Positions 1-13,312 of a stretch of DNA of 64,000 nt are shown here, one piece after another. The notes beneath the pieces are model-generated. The model was given only the letters and a program-made list of their open reading frames with translations, made no database searches and had not been told where the DNA came from. A program made the position numbers and the translations under genes. The stretch covers positions 3,782,001 to 3,846,000 of the forward strand of contig OX597834.1 of the NCBI GenBank assembly GCA_951406725.2. Direction: 5' to 3'. The stretch comes from Octopus vulgaris. Its lineage: Eukaryota. Every line of letters begins with the position of its first letter. Positions within the stretch are counted from its first letter, which is position 1.

Positions 1-1431
1 TGTTTGTATTTTTTTTAACATTAAATTTTATTAAATTATATTCTTTTCAATGTAAGGAGTTTCACATTTTTTTCATCCAGACAGTTGATCCTGCACATTG
101 ATAGGTTTGCAGAATCAGCTTTTGAATATCCAATTAACTCAAAGCTCAAAATTGAAATTGGTCAAATACTACAGTGTGCAACTACTTTTATCACTTTAGG
201 TAATTTGCTAAAATGTACAAGGCTGTCCAACATTTAACTTCCCTGAATTATTTTTGTGCTGAATTTCCCTCCACATGGTGTAATTAGGGCATGGATTAAT
301 GTTTGTCATTTAAGTCTGGGAAAGACAGTTATGAAATTTCTCACTGAAAAACTTGCATAGATGCTTTATTTACAGTGTTCAAATGCTTGTGATACACATA
401 AGCCTACCACCTCCATCAAATTGACATTGCTTATACAGGTGCAGAGCAACCTGTGATGAGGTGTTTTTTGCTCGAAATACAAAGCTCTGCCCAGTTCATG
501 AATCAAACCCACAATCTCGCAGTTGTACATGTTACACCCTTATCATTAAACAACACATTCTGATGGGTAGATACTGCTACCTACATACAAACATTTTAAA
601 TTTTGGTGACTTTATTATATTGTCATGTTTTAAATATTTATTAAACATTATTTTTTTCTCCTCATCAACTGGAAAATTGCATCAATATTCAAAGAAAAAA
701 AAAACTTTATTTACATGGGAACCAATCAAGCCAATAAAGGAAACTTTGTATGATTACTTGATCTGCCAGAAATTCTGCTTGCAACCTCACTCAATCCTCT
801 TAAAAGAGGAAGGGCTTATTAGCCAATGTTGTCCAAGATTTACAAAAAAGATGGAATGGCCACTGGTAAACATGCCTTGCGAAACTACTTTCATCTAAGT
901 GCTCTGCACGACACTCTCAAACTCTGAGTTACTCCTGTAACATTTTGTGCCTTCTTTATTTAACAAACAACTTAATCCTAATTAGTTTCATGACAATGCC
1001 AGATTGCATTTTTACATCAAGTGTCTCATTGCACTGGTTGCACATAACTGCATTTGGTGTTAGGATCCAATTCCATTACTTTGTTCTTATAAATATTTAC
1101 GACCTCTGATCTAGCGAAAGATACTGGTTTCGTCCAGTGAGAATCAGTTCTGACATTTCTGCTTTTAGACTGGAACTTTCACTTTCACTCAGTTCTTCTC
1201 TATCAAGTCTTGCAGGGGTGTTGGTCATGGAGTGGTTTTTCTCTGTGTTTCTTCTTTGGTATGTTTTGTAATTTCGTTTTGAAATTGTTTATTGTATCTT
1301 TAACCAGTTCTGCTCTGTTATTTTCTGAATTTATCATTTCAATGTTTTGTGTTTCTACTTTATCAGCATTTCTTCCAATTTTACATTCTGAGTTCAAATT
1401 CCTTGTTACATGATAGTGAGATGTGTACAAA

Positions 1432-1692
1432 CTGCAATGCTACATGGAAGTGAGACATGAGTCCTAAATACAGAGGACGCACAAAGACTAGAGAGGAATG
1501 AAGCTAGTATGCTTTGTTGGCTGTGCAATGTCAGTGTACATGTCTGACAGAGTGCCACTGTATTGAGAGAAACGTTAGGCATAAGAGGAATTAGATGTAG
1601 TTGGTAAGAGAGACGGCTGCACTGGTTCAGTCACAAATGGACAAGGCCAGTCACGTAAAAAAGACATGGGATGAAGTATTGAAGGCCAATCA
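1432..1692 (+). mobile_element. RTE-clade LINE remnant (C-terminal part of ORF2)
   Basis: Translates to AMLHGSET*...RLERNEASMLCWLCNVS...RETLGIRGI...RRLHWFSH, matching the RTE MLYGSETW...RLRWFGH region, with stops. Confidence 0.7.
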
Positions 1693-1693
1693 C

Positions 1694-1772
1694 ATGTTAC
1701 GCACTGGGGTTGATGTAATCAACTTAATCCCTTTTTCTTCCTTGTTTAACCCCCTGCGGGCAATAAGGAAAA
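1694..1772 (+). mobile_element. 3' fragment of SINE family A
   Basis: gttacgcactggggttgatgtaatcaacttaatcc matches the body of the copies at 28515 and 30311. Confidence 0.65.
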
Positions 1773-1889
1773 AATATTGCATAATATTGTTAATACAGTT
1801 ATATTTTGTGTCTATACTCTATTTGCTTTTATTCATATAAATTTACGATACGACTGATATAATTTGAGATGAAGTGAATTAAGGATAGC

Positions 1890-3200
1890 GATGCAACATT
1901 TCGAAAAAAGAAAAGAAGAAAAACGAGAGAAGAAATGCGAAATGAAGGTGCCATAATTAAATTTCTCATCAGACCCAAGCGTTCATATGAAACTGGTATT
2001 ACTGTAGAAGGTCATGGAGATGATGTTGTTAATGAAGTGGAACTTGAAGAGAAAATAGATGATGATGATGATGATGATGATGATCCACCACAAACTACTG
2101 AAGAACAAAACTCTAATATTAATTTGAAAGACATTGGGACGTGGGCCTGCTAAGTTTAATCAAGGTGACGGTATTCGGGAAATCCTTGGGCAACAAAGAT
2201 CGAAGTTCTGGGCAAAATATTGACTGTGGATTCAAAGAAGTTGTACATCCGGGACAAATAAGAAAACTGAAAGAGGAGACTGGAAGACTGTCAAGAAACT
2301 GGGTTTTTTCGAACTTTACAAAGCGGGGGGAAAATCTTGAGAACTTGGGTGATGTACTCTCCATCGAAAGAAGCTGTGTTTTGTTTTTGTTGTCAGCTAT
2401 TTTCAATTGAAAACTCAAAGTTTTCCTCAGTTGATGGTTTTAAATCTTGGTGGAAGTCGAACCCTAAGATACAAGAGCATGAATCTAGCCCTGCGCATGA
2501 AAATGCGTTCACTCAGTGGAAAGAGCTAGAAATTCGCCTTTCCAAAGGCAAGGTACAACAAGGGTACAACAAAGAGCAACAAACTCTCGTTGAAAATGCA
2601 ACAAAGAAATGGAAGCAAATCCTGACTAGATTCTATGACATGATTATGTTTCTTGCTAAGCAAAACCTAGCTTTACGAGGCCATAGAGAAGACATTCGAG
2701 TTAAGAAGGCAAATGAAAATGAAGGAAATTTTCTGGAGCGTGTCCAACTGATTGGAAAAAATCCGAACCAGTGCTACATGAACATTTGGTGAAAGTAGAA
2801 ACTAAGTTTACAACTTTTACCTCTCACCAAAAATTCAGAATGAATTTGTGAACACCCTGGGAGATCAAGTGAGAAAGGAAGTTACCGATTAAGTGAAACA
2901 GTAAATGCTATTGCATTATTTTTCATAGTACTCCAGACAATTCTGATATTGACCAAATTTATCAGGTGCTACGTTATGTCAAAATAGACGAAAAGGAATT
3001 AAAAGTAGAAGAACCCTTTCTTTGTTTTAATGAGACGAAAGGCAAAAATTCTGAGCAATGATTCTGAAGCAATTAGAAATGGACGACATTAACATTGAAG
3101 ACAATCGTGGACAAGCATTTGATAACGTGGCAGTAAGTGCAGCACATCGATGCGGTGTTCAAGCGCGCATCACAGAAGTTAATCCCAAAATCCAGGTGCT
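1890..3200 (+). pseudogene. Decayed hAT transposase (TTF-type zinc finger + DUF4371, ZMYM1-like)
   Basis: ORF 2337-2792: RTWVMYSPSKEAVFCFCCQLF...HESSPAH...FLAKQNLALRGHRE...NEGNFLE. Downstream frameshifted pieces read SPKIQNEF, STPD and RGQAFDN...GVQARI. Confidence 0.85.
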
Positions 3201-3445
3201 ACTTACTCAAAAAATCTTCAAAGGATATCTGAAATCATTCCCCAGGAGAATGGAGGCCTTGTGCAAGTTGTTTTAAAGCCAGGAATACCAGATGTTACTC
3301 TTGTGGAAGCACAAAACACAAGAAAGCTTTTTGTCCTCCAGACAAAAACAAACAACTAAATCCTCTTTACTGCCTACGCGACAGCTACGTTAATGGGTCC
3401 AACAGCAGCATCAAGAAATACGGAAATGTGTGTGCAAGCCCGCAA

Positions 3446-3468
3446 ACACACACACGTACACATACACA

Positions 3469-3527
<59 letters not shown>

Positions 3528-3531
3528 ACAC
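3446..3531. repeat. (CA)n microsatellite
   Basis: Seen directly. Confidence 0.95.
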
Positions 3532-3862
3532 GCACAAGCCCGTCTCCACCTTGCCCCTCTGAGTCGTCGTCAAATGAAGGAAAAACGAGGAACCCAGCCA
3601 AAACAAAAAGCGGAAAATATGACCCTCACCACAAAAACACAAACGTAGATGAAACACCAAAAAAATATTTTAAAAAAACCTTAAAATTGTCCACACCAGC
3701 AAAAGCGCGGGAAAAACACCAAGAACAGCAAAAGCAACAAAGTCCAGAACCACCATCATAACAACCGAATCTGCTGCATTGCTCCATCAACGACAAAACT
3801 ACCAAAAGAAAACAGCCACAACAAACAACCATGCACACAAATAGAAAACATTGTCCCCTTCA

Positions 3863-4008
3863 CATTAGCGTAGCCAGTGGGGCAGTAGGGGCGTCCGCCC
3901 CGGGCGGCACTTTTGAATCTGTTGTAGGTAATATGTGTCTTTTGTGGGGTCCGGGGGCAGCAAATGGAAGGGCTGCCCCGGGCGGCACACACTTTAGCAA
4001 CGCTAGTG
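3863..4008. mobile_element. 146-bp hAT-type MITE with perfect 8-bp TSD
   Basis: Imperfect TIR cattagcgtagc / gcaacgctagtg. TSD ccccttca at 3855-3862 and 4009-4016. Internal direct repeat gccccgggcggcac twice. Confidence 0.85.
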
Positions 4009-4429
4009 CCCCTTCACCATTATAAACAAAAGCAGCATTGAGTTGATAAACATTCCGAGGAAAACATTACAAAGGCGAAATAATTGTAGAAGAGAGAGAA
4101 ATTGGTAAATTCATCGACAAAATACCTGAAGATAGATTATTAATGAGAAGGCGGAGTAAAATTTATCACTCACTCTTGGACAAATCAAGGTGCGTTAGAG
4201 GTTTTAGGAAAACAGTGAACAACACATAATTACAAAATCCTCTGAAAGTCACCTTTGGAAAAGCACACGGAACCACCCACCATTCGTGATGCCTCAATAA
4301 ACACGGTGTTACTCAAACGAAGATGTATAAGTGAGCGTGGACTCGGATCAGGTTTTTGGAGGTGCATTTCGCTTGTTAGTACTGGAATTGTATTTTGTAC
4401 GCATAGAACCATTGTGTGGAGCAAGTGTA

Positions 4430-6520
4430 TAGCAGGAAGGGGTGCAAAAGCCTGGAAAACCTGCTCAAAAACTTTCTGTTGTCTTACTGGTAGCGACTGG
4501 ATTACTCTGATGTACCAGGGTGGATATAGAGCAACCACAGCGGACCATCCAGATCGATCTAAATAGAATATCTGTTAGGCGAGCGGATAGGGATTGCGTA
4601 GGATGTCCACAGTTCGAACAGGACGGCTACACAGTCCACAAATTTGTGATCTGCTCAGTCGATTTAGATAGAGACGCGTTTACTAGAAGCTGAACGTGTT
4701 CTGACCGGCACGCAAAGACTACAGGAACTAGTTAAGCGGCAGTTGACGGGGGCAATTGTCCACAACTGGTTGCAGGTCGATTTGAAGAGGGCAATAAGAG
4801 TAGAATTGATATCATTTAGTAATGCGCTAGGAATATAAAGAAATGGATTAGAAGCAGTTAGCAACCTAGAAGAGGCGATTAGTAAAGGCATCGCGACCGA
4901 CGTGCCATCGGTGAGAATGGCTGTTGACCAATTCTTCGAGGCAAAACACGAAGGTTGCATTGTCAGAGCTAAGGCCTGAGCTCTCAAACACGAAGGAACT
5001 AAAACCGTTCGACGTTCCGGACGGTCGAGACACGACGTGGCAACAAAACCACGATCAGGTCTTTGACGGACTAGGACGGGCGCATGCTACTCGGTTCCGA
5101 GCAGATGTGAGCGGCTTTCCAACACCACACCACGTGATTGTTTGAGGAGTGCGAGGAGTCGGTGACGGTAGTGAACTGTAGTTCGAACCTGGACGGCCTG
5201 TCGCAGCTCTCAGTAGTGGACGTGAGCTTCTGAAAAAACCCAATAAAGGCTACTGAAATACGAACGGTGATGAGCAGTTGCACAAATTGTAAATCGCCCG
5301 GTTTGGATGGTCTGCCCTATGTATTTATGCCAGTATTGTTTGGCGGCTTCTTGGCAGATGGCTAACGTAACTGATAGCAGAACAGGAGAGTTCCTAATTC
5401 TGCTAGTCGGAGAGTGGTGACGTCGCTGAGGAAATTTTCGGCCCATAACTCTGCTAAGCATCGATTAGTATTGGCGACAAGGTTGGCACTTGTCGGTAGT
5501 TCGGTCGGGGAAGCACAAATGTGCACAATCCTGAACACCACAACCTTCATCTTATGCGTACATCATAGAGCGGACTGGGGCCAAAGCTGGCATTGGAGGG
5601 GATCAGATCAATTTGAATCAATCTAAAGCATTCGATAGGGTTGACCATTGTTAATTGGTAGTTGTCCTGATATCGGCCAGATTCGGACATTTTCAGAGGT
5701 TGGATTGCTGCAATGCCCAGCGGCATCTGCTCAGTGATCAAAGTAAACGGCCACATATCGAAGTCGCTTCACATCGCACGTTTGGTCTGTTAGGCTGCGT
5801 GCCGTCGCCTCTTCTATATGAACCGGATTTCGAGCCACTGCTACGGAACTTGGAACAGTTGAGGGGCATAATTTTCGAACTGGGACGACATTACTGTCTA
5901 GGGCTGTCGGACACCTCTGTAAGGAAGATGGTCAGCACCCATCTAAAGGAATACAATTCGGTGACAGGGACCAAAATCAACACCGACAAGTCTTTGTTTT
6001 GATCACTGTTTGATCAGATTGGAATGTCTATGATTTATTTTCTTGTGGAAGAGATTCATTCCAATTATCAGGTGGTCATTCTGCTGCCAGTACCCTTGCA
6101 TGACAGCTTTCCATTGTGATAGCAATGGCAAAAGAGTTTCCATTGTGGGAAAGTTTGGAAAGACTGAAGATAGACATTTTCGTCTTCGTCAAAAATTTTA
6201 AGTTCTTTTTTGAAGAGATAAAGAAAGTAGAGAGTGGTGCTACCCTCAAGTAATTTTACTGAAAGTTAGGTAAGTGTGACATCTACAGCACGAATGAATG
6301 GGTCCATTCTATGTTGCACCCGTAAGCTTTACAATACAGCTGAGATAGGACAATAAGGGTATTTCAGGCTTTGTAGAGGATTCTCAATTTGACCCTCGGT
6401 GGTTATTCGTTTCTGTTTTATGATATTGCTTTTCATGCCAGTTTTTGTTTTTTATATACACAAACATTTTAACGGGTACCTTATAATGTCTTCTCGTCCT
6501 TTATCCCTTGTGGTAAATAC
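4430..6520 (+). mobile_element. Highly decayed L1/Tx1-type LINE (ORF2 remnant and 3' tail)
   Basis: RT motifs in broken frames: KSPGLDGLPY (~5291), FRPITLL (~5436), QSKAFDRVDH (~5618), VTGTKINTDKS (~5961). Confidence 0.75.
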
Positions 6521-7229
6521 TAACTTCTGAAGGGGGAATTACAACCGTGTTTCGTGGTCTGCTACCACAACAGCTCCTTTATAGGATCCAGTTAGCTCAA
6601 GACATCATCAGGAGGAACCACGTCCGGTTTCGGCCCCTACTCCTCTACCGTTTTGGCGTGGCGGAGGCCACCACCCCCTTTCGGAGGTGTCTTCAGCTCT
6701 GGTGTTGGGTGCATGTCTTCTTCTTTCTTCTGTTCCCTGGTCTCTTCGATGTATCGTCAGCGAGTGTCAGCCGGTGACTGACTGTCTTGTCAATTTTTTA
6801 CCTTTAAATACTTGCCGCATAGGCTCCAGTTGGCATCCCCAGCAAGTTGTCACGTGACTGTCTCACCTTAACTGACTAGTGAAGGCGCGTAGTTTTAGCC
6901 CGCGCATTCTCTAAACGACCGTCACCTGTCAGTCAGCGAAGCTGATTCAGTGTCAGCTTGTCTCACCTAATGATGTTATTTCCCGTCAGCGTGTTTATGA
7001 CTTTCAAGCCATTTTCGGTCTTGCTTTGTTAATGATTAGTTCGATTCTATCATAGAAAATTAGTGTAGACTTATTAAGTGCCATCTGGTGGTCTGTCAGT
7101 ATCCTGATTTTCTTCCGTATTTTCGCACTGCATATTTCTAAGATAAGTAGCTTTTCTTGAAGGATTTGAAGCGGTTGGCTTGAACAGTTTTATGTATCTA
7201 AGTATTTTAGACAGGACTAGTGTAGGATA

Positions 7230-9110
7230 TTCTTACACTATGTGGTTTGTTGTTTCGGGGAAAATATAATCCAGATTTCCAGAGATGCCTCACAAAACTG
7301 GCGGGGCCAAACTCTGGAAATTCTGGCACAGGCCACGACCACGGACCTAGAAAACCTCCCAGAGACAATTCGCATCGGAGAAGAAACCATTCTGACAGTG
7401 CACGTAGAGGGGAGGCGACCCAGGTGTTATAAATGCGGGAAAAGGGAGACCTGAGGTCGAAGTGCCCCTCTACGAAGAAGGACAACGAAGAAGAAAAAGT
7501 CCTCGAAGAGGAGGAGAGAAATAAGAGGAGGAGAGAAATAAGAGGAAGAGAGAAAGAAGAGGTGGTGCCCCAGCAAGGAGGCTGTTACCCAGAGGGCGAC
7601 TGCCACCAGTAAAAATAATCCGGATGAAAAGGAACTAGCAGAGATACCATCAAAGGAAGACATGGATTTCCAGATGGTGTCGCGTAAAAGACCCCCAAAA
7701 AGGGAGTCGCCCACCAAGACTCAAGAGGTGGCTCCTAAAAAGAAAATAGTACAGAAACAAGAACAAGAAGAAAAAGAAAAGAAAAAAGGAAAAAATCTAA
7801 GCTAGAAAAAATTGAAATCCCTGAAAAAACTGACACCACTACAGTAGTATACAAAAACAACAATAAATATTTAAAGTTTAACGTATGCCAACAGTGACAG
7901 CAGAATTTCCATAACATTCGGAAGAATTTCGCGAAAACTGTATATGGAAATGAAAGAAAGAAACCCTAAAGCCATTGCAGAACTAAAAGGATTACCCAAA
8001 GTGTTTAACCGCCAGTAGAATCAAGTTTGGAAGAGAGGAAGGGGGGGAATCTCAGTGATACTGAGAACAATCCCCTTCAAAGATGAAAAGGCAAGCAAGC
8101 TCTACTTTCCTTCTTTTTCGGTTTATGACATGGCTACAGGTCGTTTGAATGTGAGTGGCCTGAGCTCGAAGTGGAAGCAGGCTAGTTTTCTCGACAACCT
8201 CAGGTCACACAGAATAGATGTTATGGTCGCTACAGAGACCATCCTGGAGAAGCTGCAGGCCTTCTCAACTCTCCTGAATGGCTATGAGAAAATCATGTCT
8301 CCTAGTTGGAGATGGGGGAAAGGGGGCGTTGTAGTTTTGCTCCGGAAAAACTTGGTCCTGCAGACACGTACGATCTTCGTGGACCCAGAAGGTGAGTCGG
8401 TCGTTCTGGATCTGACATTCAGAGGTAAAGCTTTCAGGTTGGTTGGCACTTATGCGCCTGGCACAACAGGCAGACGAAATGAGTTTTATCGACGCCTGGA
8501 GAACTTTCTTGTGACGTCAAAGACACTAGTTATGCTAGGAGACTTTAACGCTATTCTGGATGCACGTCAGGATAGCGTAAGCTCGAACGATAGGAAATGT
8601 AACTCACGCCTCGTCGATCTGCTGAAGCGATTTAGCCTGGCAGGTCGATAGAGACTTGATAATCCGAGCGTTCTAATGTGGACTTGGAGTAATAACGACG
8701 GATCAGTCAGGTCGTATATAGACAGGATAATAGTTAAGTCTAGTTTTAGTTGTCCGCAGTTCACCTATGTACCCTACACGGATCACAAATTAGTGACGTG
8801 CAGGATGCATATAGATAAGGTCCATAGACAGGGATCTGGCTATTGGAAGTTCAATAAGTCCCTATTGGATTGTGAAATCTACCGTAGCCAGATTAAGGAG
8901 TTAGTAATGAGGGCATTAATCGGCACTGTGTTAAATAACTGGTGGGAGTGTGCCCGCAAAGGAGCCATTCGACTTGAGTCTATTCGATTTAGCAAACAGT
9001 AGAAACCCAACGTGGCATAGATGCTACGATAAGGTCTGTGGTAAACGAACATGGACAGGAGATCTAAAGACAGGAAGAGATGTGTAAGGCCTTTCACGAG
9101 CACTTTGCTG
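7230..9110 (+). mobile_element. L1/Tx1-type LINE: ORF1 zinc-knuckle remnant plus ORF2 AP-endonuclease, 3'-truncated
   Basis: ORF1 piece VEGRRPRCYKCGKR followed by a Lys/Glu-rich region. ORFs 8055-8651 and 8676-9002 carry APE motifs LNVSGL, VATET, GTYAP, LGDFNAIL, SYIDRI, TDHKLV and GYWKFNKSLL. No RT follows. Confidence 0.85.
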
Positions 9111-9530
9111 CGTTGTGTATATATACGTATGACCACAATAAACGTATTTAAAGTTACCACCGTGTGTTTTATATATTCTTCATACCGGGTTTAATTCCAA
9201 ACATTACTGTCTTCTGAGCGGAGTCATTAGCTGGAATACTAACAATCTATCTAAATGTTTACTCCCTTCACCCTAGTTTTACTTTTGTCTCTGACCATCA
9301 TTTTCTTGCTCCTATATTATGCCGAAGTTCCAAGCATCTATATAACCCGAAACTTGTGATACATGCGAAATGTGAAAAATCACATGTAGCAAACAAAAAC
9401 GATAAGCTCGCAAAAATAGCAAGGCATCGTTTAAAAGTGTTATGGAATTGTTTGATGTTGGCAGTCTATATTGTAAATGAAAAGCCACAATTATCGGGTA
9501 TTTTTTTTTAATGAACCATAAATATATTAC

Positions 9531-9575
9531 CGTGCGTTGACAAGAGGCAAATACCTCGAAACTGCAGTCCGTGCG
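9531..9575 (+). ncRNA. Minimal type-I hammerhead ribozyme, U3:A8 core variant
   Basis: CGUGCG-UUGACAA-GAGG(CAAAUA)CCUC-GAAA-CUGCAG-UC-CGUGCG. Helix I has 6 bp with 2 G.U pairs; helix III is palindromic; GUC cleavage triplet ends at 9569. Confidence 0.75.
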
Positions 9576-10145
9576 TATCACTTAGGCTTACGAGAGAGGG
9601 ATGACCTCCCTTTGCAAATACCATAAGAGCACAGATAGTGTGCCTAAAGCCAGCTGGAGACGATGATCTCCTGGGGCTAAAAGCTACAGTAACACCCACC
9701 CTTAGTGGTTAGCCATATTGAGATGGCTATTATACTTTACATAAATATATTGTTATCGATTCATAGCCATACCTGAAAACTCCTGCAAGAATTAACTTTG
9801 GATCCCAATCACAAACAATAGTATTTTGCGGTGTTTTGGCTTTATAGCGACAATTTCTCCGTGTGTCAAATTTTCAGTTGAAATTATTTTACTTCCTTCC
9901 TACCTATATACCTGCTGCAGACTGTCTCAGTCGTAGAGCCATTCAATACCGGCAGCAATCGTCGGTTAATATATAAGCGAAGAGAAAAACTGCACTGCGT
10001 ATCTTCGATGAATAGCCTGCTCATCAAGGTCTTCCATGTGACGCAATTGCAGGTTGCTATCAGGAAAGAAATCTGGAGTCAACTTGAAGAAACCGATGAT
10101 GATTATGATTTGTGCGAGTGCGCACACACACACGTACACATACTT

Positions 10146-10318
<173 letters not shown>

Positions 10319-10877
10319 GTGTGAGTGTGTACGTGAGATACAGAAACGGTAATAATTTTTTTTTATAATTATTTTTCTTTCTTTCAACTAAAAGTCTTCA
10401 TAAAAGACTTTGTAAGTAATTTACATTTTTCGCAGAAATGGAATCCCAAATAATGAATTGATAATGAAATATCAGAATGAATTCCTTTCTTTTTGAATAA
10501 TTTATCATCAAAGATCATTACTGAAGATGTTGCTGTTGTTGTTGTGTTCGTTTGCGTAAGCAGTAGTTTTTACGCTAGTATCAGAATTAACAATTTAAGA
10601 GTCTGTTGCCAGAACAGAGCTAAGCTTCCAGCAAGAAGAATCTTTCACTTCCCTTCAATTTCATTTGGATCTATCTTCTCTTTATTAGATTTTTTATTAA
10701 GGGGAAGATGTTAGTTCAGTCCAAAGTGCACAAGACTTCTTCTAAGATACTTTGTTGTATCCCTAACCCCGTTTCGTCGGGATGCAACTTAAAACTTTAT
10801 CTAATCAATTTTGAAAAATCCATGACAGAAATAATCCGCACGAAAGTTATAGACATTTATCTCGTTGATAATATTGG

Positions 10878-10956
10878 CGGGGTCGATAAATTAAATACCA
10901 GTTACGTACTGAGGTCGATCTAATTTCGGACCTTGTGCCTAGTGTAGAAAAGATTA
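10878..10956 (+). mobile_element. SINE family A fragment
   Basis: ggggtcgataaattaaataccagttacgtactg...ccttgtgcctagtgtagaaaaga, the same as the copy at 34657. Confidence 0.7.
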
Positions 10957-11194
10957 CTTAAATCAGTGAGCCGTGCTTTTCTGTAGTATCTACGCATTTG
11001 GACCGATTCCGGTTCACTCATCAACATTGTAGCTGCGAATATTGGTTTGGAGGTATTCAGCCAGCATCTGAGAGGATTTATTAAGGCTAACAACGCGTTA
11101 TTCCGTCTCCTAACAAGACGGCCATGTTTAGTTGGATATACAGATTACCTTTTGGCACGAATATTTCTTCTGTCGCTGATAATTATCTTTTACC

Positions 11195-11553
11195 TTTTAT
11201 GTTGTTTCAATCATTAGACTGCGGTCATGCTGAGGCATCGCCTTGAAGAAATTCCATTGAACGAGTCGACTCTAACGTATAAAGTCGGGTACTTATTCTA
11301 TCGGTTTCTTTTGACGAACAGCTACGTTACGGCGACATAAACACGCCAGCACGCCAAACGGTAGTGGGGGACAAGCATACACACAAACAAATATTAGATA
11401 GACAAGACGGGCTTCTTTCAGTTTCCGTCTACCAAATCCACTAACAAGGCGTTATCGGCCCGAGGCTATCGAAGAAGACACCCAAGATGCCGCGCAGTGG
11501 TTCTGAACCTGGAATCATGTGGATGGGAAGCAAACTTCTTACCACACAGCCAC
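11195..11553 (-). mobile_element. tRNA-derived SINE family B
   Basis: Minus strand has a tRNA-like head with A/B-box-like gtggctgtgtggtaag...ggttcag, then ggaaactgaaagaagcccgtc and the tail ggcgatgcctcagcatgaccgcagtctaatgattgaaac. Homologous to 14880-15283. Confidence 0.8.
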
Positions 11554-11554
11554 A

Positions 11555-11651
<97 letters not shown>

Positions 11652-12111
11652 TTATTTACATTTGACGGATAATGTAAATAATGTAAATAATGTACACAAT
11701 TCCTCATCTCTTAAATGTAGAACTGTATTAAGAAAATAGAAGGAAAGGAATTTCCTACTCAGAACAATAAGTTAGCGCTCAGTAAATAGAGCTAAGGGAA
11801 TATAGTGCAATCTAGAGAAATGTGGGTTTCAATGAAAAGGCAACTTCGAGACATTGATAACCAAAAACCAGATTATTTCCTCAATATACTTTTCGAAAGA
11901 CACAATTCATCATAGAAAATATAGAGTATATAAATACAAAATATCTATAATATAAATTGGACATTGGCGATCGTTGTATTGTTTCTTGTCTTGAGGTTCA
12001 CAGCCAAAAAGGCTGGGTGGATTCGCGTGACAAATGGCACTCATGTACATTTTATTTTATTTTTTATAAAATTATTAATTATTAAATATTATATACATAT
12101 CTTTTCCATTT

Positions 12112-12145
<34 letters not shown>

Positions 12146-12149
<4 letters not shown>

Positions 12150-12353
12150 CCGCGTGTGTACCGTTGGCGATTTTTTTTTCCTCCGTCTTCCCTTCTTTGG
12201 ATCTTTCCTTTTCCTATTTTTCCGACGAAGAGCTCCGCTCGAAACGTTAAACCCTCCTTCTTTCCTTCTTTCCTGAGCGTCCAATAATACTATATTTGTT
12301 CCACGTCCTCGCGTTGTTGTGTTTTCTCTTTGTGTTTTAATGTTTGGATTAAC
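12146..12353 (+). mobile_element. ~208-bp hammerhead-bearing repeat (family H1) between (TA)n tracts
   Basis: Homologous to 39948-40154 (-) and 43678-43879 (+). Contains UUU-CCGACGA-A-GAGC(UCC)GCUC-GAAA-CGUU-AAA at 12219-12251. Confidence 0.8.
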
Positions 12354-12406
<53 letters not shown>

Positions 12407-12871
12407 CGGCGTACGTACACTTTGGTCTCTTCATGTAAGTATATATTCATCTAAATCTTGTACGACTCTATTCTTTTATTCTTTCATTCCACTCTTCGTT
12501 CTATTGTTCCCCCTCTCTCACATTTCATTGCCTTCTCTTCATGCTCACTTTCCCTCCGATTTTCACTTCACTGTGTCCCTGTCACTTCTCTCACCCTTCC
12601 TTATTTCTTCTCTACCTCTCTCTCTTCACTCCCCGCGTGACCGGTGTTCGGCCAAGCCTGACCTTTCTTTCTTGGTTCGGCCGTTGTCTGTGCAACGTCT
12701 ATAGTCTCCCTTGTGCCTGTAAAATCTTGTATCTCTGCCGTAAGGCTTTACTTCCACACACGCCAGCTTAATTTAATTCGTCCTTAGTCGAAAGACACCT
12801 GTTGTTATGTCCTGTTATTTGTATTTGTGTAACTTTCTCCGTTTTTTCCGCCCTTGTTTTCATATACATTC

Positions 12872-13113
12872 GCTGCTTTCTTCCAAGGAATCTAATGCTC
12901 TTAGCTTAATTTTTCCTTGAGGTTAGCCAGATTGGAACAATCTAGAGTATAACCAGCCGAAATTGCAAAGATAATCTGGAACTCGACTGAGGAAAGAAAA
13001 CTCCGAATGACCCGTCCTTGTTTTCTTTGTATCGTCTGTCTGGATGTTTTGTTGCCCCTTTCTTGTATCACCTAACTGTCTGGATGTTTTGCGTTCTTGT
13101 CCTATTTTGTATT
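12872..13113 (+). repeat. Interspersed repeat shared with 53672-53918
   Basis: ttccaaggaatctaatgctcttagctta...cagccgaaattgc...gaatgacccgtcc...tgtctggatgtttt occurs at both loci, each ending at a dinucleotide microsatellite. Confidence 0.75.
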
Positions 13114-13145
13114 TATACATGTGTGTGTGTGTGTGTATGAATATA

Positions 13146-13312
13146 GGCGCAGGAGTGGCTGTGTGGTAAGTAGTTTGCTTATCAACCACATGGTTCCGGG
13201 TTCAGTCCCAATGCATGGTACTTTGAGCAAATGTCTTCTATAGTCTCGGGTCGGCCAAAGCCTTGTGAGTGGGTTGGTAGAAGGAAACTGAAAGAAGCTG
13301 AAAGACCTCGTC
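13146..13312 (+). mobile_element. SINE family B, 5' half
   Basis: ggcgcaggagtggctgtgtggtaag...ggttcagtccc...ggaaactgaaagaag. Confidence 0.8.

Noticed and set aside
461-898. 145-aa ORF
   Set aside because: GTG start, no recognisable domain, AT-rich random composition.
2337-2792. Host ZMYM1-like gene
   Set aside because: Intronless, with multiple frameshifts and stops on both sides; a decayed hAT transposase.
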